The notes under the pieces were generated by a model. It was not told the origin of the DNA. It was given only the letters and a program-made list of their open reading frames with translations, and made no database searches. DNA of 63,954 bases, counting the filler, from Conidiobolus incongruus B7586 (taxonomy: Eukaryota): assembly GCA_000697335.1 (NCBI GenBank). It is 11 parts of 11 records of this genome, joined end to end, with 100 filler letters (N's around TTAATTAATTAA, not from the genome) between each part and the next. Parts side by side here need not be neighbours in the genome. Positions count along the whole stretch, not along the records: positions 55,175 to 62,792 come from JNEM01000206.1; positions 62,893 to 63,954 come from JNEM01000279.1; 9 more parts are not named here. One strand, written 5' to 3'. A program made the position numbers and the translations under genes. Numbering within the stretch: position 1 is the first letter of the stretch; each line of letters starts with the position of its first letter. Shown one piece after another: positions 55,954 to 63,954 of this stretch.

Positions 55954-57341
55954 CTTAACCATAATATGGTTTTATATTAAAAATCAATATATCACATAAA
56001 TCTAACTGGATAATTACTTAAAAATCATTTCAGAATTATTTGTTAAATTTTTAAAAGAATAATTAGTCAATAAATATTAAAATCTAAAGAGCACTTTTAT
56101 ACAAGGCTAAATTAGAAAAGTATAGAAATCAGGCAATAAATGAGCACGATACATGTATACTTACATATATCAAATAGAATTAAAAACCATATCAGATCAG
56201 ATTTTCTTAATTGAGTATAAATATAAATAATTTCTGAAAATATGCAATTTATATAATTTTCATTTAAAAATTAGACAATTTTGGATATAAATTGATAATT
56301 TAAAAATTTAATTGAAGTTATTTTTGTCAAATATTAGTCACATTAATCAATTAAATAATGGTTATTATTAGAAATAATAAAACTGCATGAGCTATTTTTA
56401 AAGATATATATTATTAACAAATTATGTTAGTAAATGATATTTAGAATGACTAACATAATTGATGTTTAAACAAATCAAAACAATAAATGTATATTTCATA
56501 TCTATTCCTGACAATAATATCCCATTTTTGGTTCAAATTTTAATTTTATGTGTATTCTTTACTAAACATGCAAATTTCCAATCAAAATTGTATATTAATA
56601 TTTTATCATAGTATACAATATTTTAGCGATAATAGGACATTCAATATGATTAAAGATTTTTATTAGATTTCAAAAAATATATATTTACTTTAAATAATCA
56701 ATAACTTAACTTGAAAATAATTGGTATTATATAGAATTAATTATAATAAATATGAAATCTTAATAAAAGAATGTATATAGTGATATAAAAGAGTAATTTC
56801 TAATATGCATTTATAAAATTGAATAAATTAATAAACTTATCTAAACGAATGATCATATTGAAAATTAATTATACCTCTAATAGCTATGTTATATATTTAA
56901 AATCAAACCTAAAAACCATTGCAATATTTTCATGATTTAAAATTTTAATTTAGATCAATTTGATAGGTGAGAATATTTTATATTTTTGAAAATTTGTATA
57001 TTGATAATTTATGGAATATTACTAACAATTAAAATATAAAAAAATTTACTTAAAATTGTATATATTAATATTATATATATTTAACTTAATAAAAATAATA
57101 TAATATGTCAAAATTCATCTAATACACATTTGAGGAATTTCAGTACAATTATGATATAAACTATACAAATTAAGAATAGATTGTTTAAATTTGGAGTTTT
57201 TAAGTCTTTCCCTTTAATTTATGATACTAATATATCAAAATATCAATTTTATAATTTCAAATATTCTTATTTATTATATTAAATTATAATTATTTTAATT
57301 TTGAAATATTAATTAGAAATGAATTACGCAATCACTACCAG

Positions 57342-57349
57342 TCCCATAA
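57342..57349 (+). promoter_or_regulatory. Putative promoter element TCCCATAA upstream of RPN6
   Basis: ACTACCAGTCCCATAAAT ~88 nt upstream of the ATG at 57438. Confidence 0.6.
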
Positions 57350-57437
57350 ATTTTATATTCTATTACTAAATTAAATAATTCTAAAATAATTCGTCATTAA
57401 GTTTAATCAATTTAAAATTAAATAAAAAAAATATAAT

Positions 57438-59182
57438 ATGAGTATCAAACCCAATTATAAAGGTTTTTAATTAATTTTCATTTAAATAATTTTAAATTTT
57501 AAATTTTTACAAAATTTTTTAGAATTACAATCTAAATTATCTCAAGCTCAACAACTGGTTAAAGATGGAGATTTACAGAACGCTGAGGTGGGTTTTGTCA
57601 ATATTTTGAATATTGACTCAGGTAACTCTTAAATCTCTATCGCAAAATCGGTGTTAATTGGAAGGGGTAGGTAGCGATGAAGACCTTATCAAATTACAAG
57701 AGACCGCTATGGAGGAGTTGAGTGATTTGTACCAACAACACAAGTAATTAAAGTTTTATTCAAGTAAATTTACACTAACAATATTGTAGTAAAGCTGACC
57801 AGATGAAACATCTTATCCTTAACAGTCGTAATTTCCTAACTTCAGTCACCAAAGCCAAAACTTCAAAAATTGGTATTATATTTTCAAGAAAAAAAATTAT
57901 TTTTTACAAACTTTTTATTAATTTATAATTTATAGTTAGAAAATTAATTGAAAAATTTAATAAAATTCCCAATTGTTTGGGACTTCAAATTGAAGTTTGT
58001 CAAATTATGATTCAATGGTGTATTGAGGGTAAACGTACTTTTTTGAAACAAAATTTGGAGACTAAATTAATCGCTTTGTAATAATTATTATTGGTTTGAT
58101 GACAATGCACTGATGTTTAAATAGGTATCACGAGAACGGCAACTACTCAGAGGCGCTGAAATTGATTGGTACACTTCTCAAAGAGTTGAAACGTTTGGAC
58201 GATAAGATGGTATTGATAGAAGTTCAATTACTCGAATCTAAAGTTTGTCACTCTTTGAGAAATTTCCCTAAGGCTAGAGTAATTAATTTGATACTCTTTA
58301 ATTTTGTATATGTATATTAATATGGTTTAGGCTGCTTTAACATCTGCTCGTACCTCAGCAAATGCTATCTACTGTCCACCTCTCTTGCAAGCTAGTTTGG
58401 ACATGCAATCGGGTATCCTTCATGCTGAGGAGAAGGATTATAAGACTGCGTAATTAATCATCATGTTTTCTATGTTACTAAGACCCTAATATTTGGATTA
58501 GATTCTCCTACTTCTTTGAAACTTACGAAAGCTATAGCTCAACCAATGATCCCAAAGCTATTTTAGCTCTCAAGTACATGTTACTCTGTAAAATTATGTT
58601 AGGATTGGTAATTCAACTATATTACCCACAAACCACCACTAACCTCATTTAGACGGACGATATCAACTCTATAATTTCCGGCAAAATCGGTCTCCAACAC
58701 TTGGGTAAAGAGATTGACGCTATGAAAGCAGTCAGCAACGCTCACAAGAACCGATCTCTCCAAGAATTCGAAACCGCTCTTACAACTTATCGTGCGGAGC
58801 TCGGTAATGATAATATCATCCGTACACACTTAGCTGCCCTTTACGACACTTTGCTGGAACAAAATCTCCAGCGTGTTATTGAGCCTTACTCCCGCGTGGA
58901 AATTTCCAAAGTTGCATCCCTTGTCAACCTTCCCACAGCTCAAGTCGAAACTAAACTCAGTCAAATGATTTTGGATCATACTCTCCACGGCATTTTGGAC
59001 CAAGGTAAGGGATGCTTGGTGATATTTGACGAAACTGAAGTCGACCAAAGTTATGAGCTCTCCCTAAATACTCTTAAAAATATGGGAATGGTGGTTGAGA
59101 GTTTGTACCAGAAGGTAAATTTCAACTTTTTCTTGACTAGGATTGGTTATTAATTAATTTTTAGGCTGCACAACTCAATTAA
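57438..59182 (+). CDS. RPN6: 26S proteasome lid subunit RPN6 (PSMD11), multi-exon
   Basis: Spliced motifs [80 protein letters not shown], and the PCI domain [22 protein letters not shown]. The last exon, 59165-59182, ends in TAA. Confidence 0.96.
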
Positions 59183-60838
59183 GTGGTTTTTTAAGAATAT
59201 ATTATTTTGGTTAGTATTCATTTGGTCCATTTTTTTAAAAAATTTTATGCTTAATTTTTTTTCCAAGTGAATAATTAATTGCAGTTAATCTTATAATTGA
59301 CTTAATTACTCACATTTTTATTATTTTTTTTGGAATATTAATGTTTTATAATTTAATATAATACTGTGAATTAAATACAAGTTTAATTCATTGTAAATAT
59401 TATTATTCATCTCAATTTGTTAGATTATTTAATATTCTAAGAATTCTCTCATTAAATTAATCGATTAGTATTATTAGCAATTTTCAATTATTATTCTTTA
59501 TAACTAATTATTTTAATTTTCATCTTTATTCAAATTTTTATTTTTTTTATTATTAATAATTTAAAAATTATTAACACCCGAATATTTTAATTATCGAATA
59601 ATCAAAAATAATGTTATTTTTTTGGAAAAAATTTTAATTTTAAATTATTTCAGGATTTTATATAACTAACCAATAAAATTTAGAATTTAATTAAAAAATT
59701 AATTGGGTTTTATATTATATCTTTCTATATAAGTATATTTATGTTTGATATTTTGATTAATGATGTTTAATAGTTGGTATGGGTATGAATTATTGATATT
59801 AATTCATTAATAATTTGGATTATTTAAAATTATTTGTAATATTTCTCTTAATTATAATTAATTTAGATATTAAAAAAGTGATTAATAAATTAAAATAATT
59901 GATGAGATGTTATATCATGGAATTTAAATTGGATAGATATATAATTCTTTAATATAATTGAAATACTAACTGTATAATATAAATATTTAAGTATAATTTC
60001 TAGCCAGTTTATTTTGATTAGTTTTTTTAATCGTAAGTTGGTTATTAGAAATTATGTTAGAATTCATACTTTTTGGAATTAATGTTATTTTGAAAAGATA
60101 TTGAATCAATTATAATGTAATAATATTATAAAACTAAAAGATTATATACAATTTGAATCTTAAACTTTGAATTATAATCAAAAATATCCAACTTTTATAT
60201 TATTTATCTAGTTTTAATTCAATATTTAAATTTTTTTTATTTTTTAGATTTCTTATATTTTTAAAATTTTAAAGTAAATCAAAATAATTATTAGGAAATC
60301 AAATATTTTAACTTGATATTCATTCATGACTTAGTTCATGTTATTTCAATTAATTAACAAATTCCTATTGTAAAATATGCTAATCTCCATTTGAACTATT
60401 TTGAATATCTAATCCTTTGAAATCACAAATAAAATAATATTTTATAAAAGTGTAAATCATAATAATCTTGCTATAATTATTAGCAATTTGATATTTAATC
60501 TGTTTTGTATTAAATTAATTAATTGTTTTATAAGTTAATCTACATCATTATTTTCATACATTTATTAAAAATCAATTATTTATTTTTATAATTTGAGAGT
60601 TCTGAGGAAAAAATAATTCAAAAAATCATAATGATATATTCAAGTATATTATATATTATATATAATTTCAATTTTTTATTATAAATTGATTTTATTATAA
60701 AATGGAATTTTTCTTGATTTTTATATAATATTTTAAAATTTTCATAATTACTAACATCAATGTGATTTAATAAAATTTCGTCATTAGTTAGCACAATTAT
60801 TTTGCAATATTATTATTTAATCAAACTAAATTTATCAA

Positions 60839-60846
60839 TCCCATAA
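60839..60846 (+). promoter_or_regulatory. Putative promoter element TCCCATAA upstream of the BLOC-1-like gene
   Basis: AATCCCATAATT ~79 nt upstream of the ATG at 60926. Confidence 0.6.
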
Positions 60847-60925
60847 TTTTCAATACCTAATACTCAGTTTAAATTTGCTTCACTCCCAAGTCTTAAATTT
60901 ATCCAATTTGCAATACATTATAAAT

Positions 60926-61545
60926 ATGACTTCCACCATACCGCCCAGCAAAGATAACAATTCCAACTCTAAAATAATTCAATCATCATGTATATTCCTT
61001 CAGATTCCATACATTCCAAGCCTTTACTAATTTAACCTATTAGCTGATTACTTATCAAATACCGTACAAATTTTAACCAATACTCAAACTTTAGTAAACC
61101 CAAATATACTATTAATTACGATATATTATAAATTAATAATAATAATTTAATAGTTATCAGAACTAGACCATCATATTATTATCAACAACCAAAATCAAAT
61201 AGAAGTGACTAGGATTCAAAATGAGGTAATATTAAATTACAATTTATTAGAATATTATTTTATTTTTCTTTATAGTTAGAAAATTCTGAACATTTTCAAA
61301 TAACTAATTTAGAAGCTATCAACGAACAACTAAAAGCTTTAGATCATACATTTAGGGAGATTGATGCGATTGAGGTAATACTTACATACCACATTGTTAA
61401 AAATTCATTAACTATTAAATAGACCATTGTCGACAATGTAATATCTAAGGTAGAGGATATGGATGCGAAATTAACAGCTCAGGAACAAGCTTTTAAAGGA
61501 TTCAATGATCCTTTGTTTAGTCATTTGCCATTTGTCAAAAAGTAG
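60926..61545 (+). CDS. Small coiled-coil protein resembling BLOC-1 subunit 4 (cappuccino/Cnl1), 5 exons, ~135 aa
   Basis: Four GT-AG introns give an open frame MTSTIPPSKD...LKALDHTFREIDAIETIVDNVISKVEDMDAKLTAQEQAF...VKK*. The F..ID..E..V..V...V..M...L...E pattern recalls BLOC1S4. Confidence 0.7.
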
Positions 61546-61874
61546 TTAACTTGTTTAATTGAATATAAAATTTAAAAATTAATTTCAAATAAATATTAAT
61601 TAGTTCAGAAATAAATCAAATTTTTATTATATACAATATTTTAATATAAAATTTAATTATTAAAATCTATTAATTTAATAATTTTATAATTATTTTTTAA
61701 CTAATATTCATAATTTTAATTAATGTTTAAAATAAATAATAATTTTTTTAAAAAAATTTAATAAATAATAAACAATGGATAAAATGTATAATATAATTAA
61801 GATGTTAATAAATAGGTATTTTGTTAAATTATATAATTATTTATTAATAAAATAATATTACTCTGTATTTTAAA

Positions 61875-62792
61875 TAATGGGATATTTTTGTGATTTAAAA
61901 TAAATTAACATTTTGATATATAATATTTACAAATAAATATATAATATAAAATTAATAATTTCTTTTATTTCTAATAACTTTTTGCTATACTTTTAATAAA
62001 GATCTAATATTTAAAAAATATTTTTTTTATTAAAGACTAAAATTTAATATTTTATAAACTAATTAAATTTTTCTATAAATATTTTTTTTTCTTATAAGCT
62101 GATTTTTTGATTGCTTAAAACAATTATAATTACATAGGTTATAATCTAAAAAATATACTAGATATGGTAGTTTTTTCTAGTTATTTTTAATCAGAAAATT
62201 TTTTACAGCTTTAAATTTATGTATTTTATAATTATCATATAAAATGATAGGTTTTTTCAAAATTATATTAAAAATATTAATTAAAAATAGTTTTATTTAA
62301 AAAATAATATAAAACCTATTATTAATTGATTTGCTTTTAAAAACCTAATAGAAATAACATATTCTATTATAATTTATTACAATAATTAACATTTGTTTAT
62401 TAATAAAATATTTATTTAAAGGGATTTATAAAGGGAGTTGATTTAGTTTAATTTAACATTTTAATTTATATTTTAGTAAAAGATTATATAAAAGGATTTA
62501 AAATTCATTAATTATAATTATTTACTAAAATAGTTTAAGTTTCTAGTTATATTTTAGTAAGTTTTGTTTAATAATAGCTACTTTAATTTTTTTTAAGCTT
62601 TAATTAAATTATAAGATATTTATTTTATATTTTTATTTATTAATTTGAGTATAAACATTAATATTTATATAAAACATGTAAAACTAATATTAAAGAGTTT
62701 AGATATTTTTTTAACTGAAATAAAGAGGTGTTTTTCAATATATTTTTTATTTTATTTATAATTAAAGAAATAATACTTAAAATTAGTTTTTT
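61875..62792 (-). mobile_element. Decayed mariner copy, truncated by spacer
   Basis: Terminus ATAATGGGATATTTTT. Minus strand ~62175-62105 reads KLPYLVYFLDYNLCNYNCFKQSK (decayed ELPHPAYSPDxNPCDY). Confidence 0.8.
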
Positions 62793-63380
62793 NNNNNNNN
62801 NNNNNNNNNNNNNNNNNNNNNNNNNNNNNNNNNNNNTTAATTAATTAANNNNNNNNNNNNNNNNNNNNNNNNNNNNNNNNNNNNNNNNNNNNATATAATA
62901 AAAATCACAGTTATTTATATTAACAAATAAAATCTTAAAAATAAAATAAAAAACAAGTAAAAAATAATTTAATAAAAAATAATTAAAGAGTCTTAATAAT
63001 ATTTATTTAGATTATGAATTTTCAATATAAATAAAAAATAATAATAGATTATAATATTAATATAGTAATTTATTATATATTATATCTATAGTTTAAATTT
63101 AAATATAATAAAATTAAAACATTATTTAATTAATATTATATTTGTAAGATAGGGTATAAAAGGGGTGAATCTTTAGCAAGTCTTTTAGAAACATATATGG
63201 TTATATTAAGTGATAAATTAGACTTGAGAGTATTGGTCCTCTAGACTTATTTAAAAATTAAGAGTAAATACTCAGGGTAGTATATATATCTGTTGTTTTT
63301 AGCTGATATATATGTTTTATTATAACATATACCTCAGAGTCTTATTTTTCTTTAAAATATATTATTATCTTAAATTTAAA

Positions 63381-63954
63381 ATAATGGGAAATTTTTTAAT
63401 TTCTGATTTTTCAAACATATTATTAATTAGAAATAAATAAATATATATAAAATTAATAGAAAATTATATATTATATATTTAAATATATATATATATAATA
63501 ATTTTTTGATTAAAAAATTAATTTTTTAAAATTGATATTTTAATTTAATTATGTTTAAACTAAATAATAATCATCAAAAGTTTTTTATTTTAGTATTAAT
63601 AAAATTTAATTATAAACCTTTTAAGATTATTTAAAATTTATAAGTAACTTTTAATAATGAAATATTATTTAAATTAATAATTTATTGTTAGGTAAATTAT
63701 TTTTAAGTTTAGAAAAAAACTATTTAAAACCTATTAAAATTTAAAAGATCAACTTCAACCATTATTTTTTTAATTATTAATAAAGTGAAAAATTATATTG
63801 AAAAATACTTTTTTATTTTAGTTAAAGTATTATCTAAGTGTTTTAATATTAGTTTTAAAAGTATTTTATATATATTAAAGTTTAAACTTAAATTAATAAA
63901 TAAAAATATAAAATAAATACCTTATAATTTAACTAAAGCTTAAAAAAAAGTTAA
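63381..63954 (+). mobile_element. Decayed mariner copy, 5' half
   Basis: Terminus ATAATGGGAAATTTTTT and ATG at 63551 (MFKLNNNHQKFFIL). Near reverse complement of 1-672. Confidence 0.8.

Noticed and set aside
63143..63327. Possible third solo LTR (TGTAAG...TATAAAAGGGG...TAACA)
   Set aside because: The termini are imperfect and no target-site duplication matches. It may be an LTR remnant but cannot be supported.

Overview
Very AT-rich eukaryotic DNA with short (mostly 45-65 nt) GT-AG introns. It is clearly fungal and probably from an early-diverging lineage; Zoopagomycota/Conidiobolus-like is an inference, not a firm call. The window joins eleven segments through artificial N44-TTAATTAATTAA-N44 spacers, so long-range adjacency is uncertain. 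Intact genes: a DDT/WHIM/WSD ISWI-partner protein, RPN7, SDH2, a secreted CAP protein, a secreted unknown protein, SLD5, tRNA-Ser(AGA), an intron-containing histone H3, an inverted pair of ~120-aa paralogues, a cytochrome P450, RPN6 and a BLOC-1 subunit 4-like gene missed by the ORF track. The intergenic DNA holds about nine decayed copies of a DD34D mariner family, one decayed DD34E Tc1, two solo LTRs, unprocessed ArfGAP and DML1/misato pseudogenes and a decayed tRNA-Asn. Two signals stand out. (1) The transposons are destroyed mainly by CpA/TpG->TpA transitions, a RIP-like signature in what looks like a non-Dikarya fungus. (2) An oriented promoter element, RTCCCATAAW, was found six times by manual scan, each time 70-200 nt upstream of a housekeeping-type gene start.
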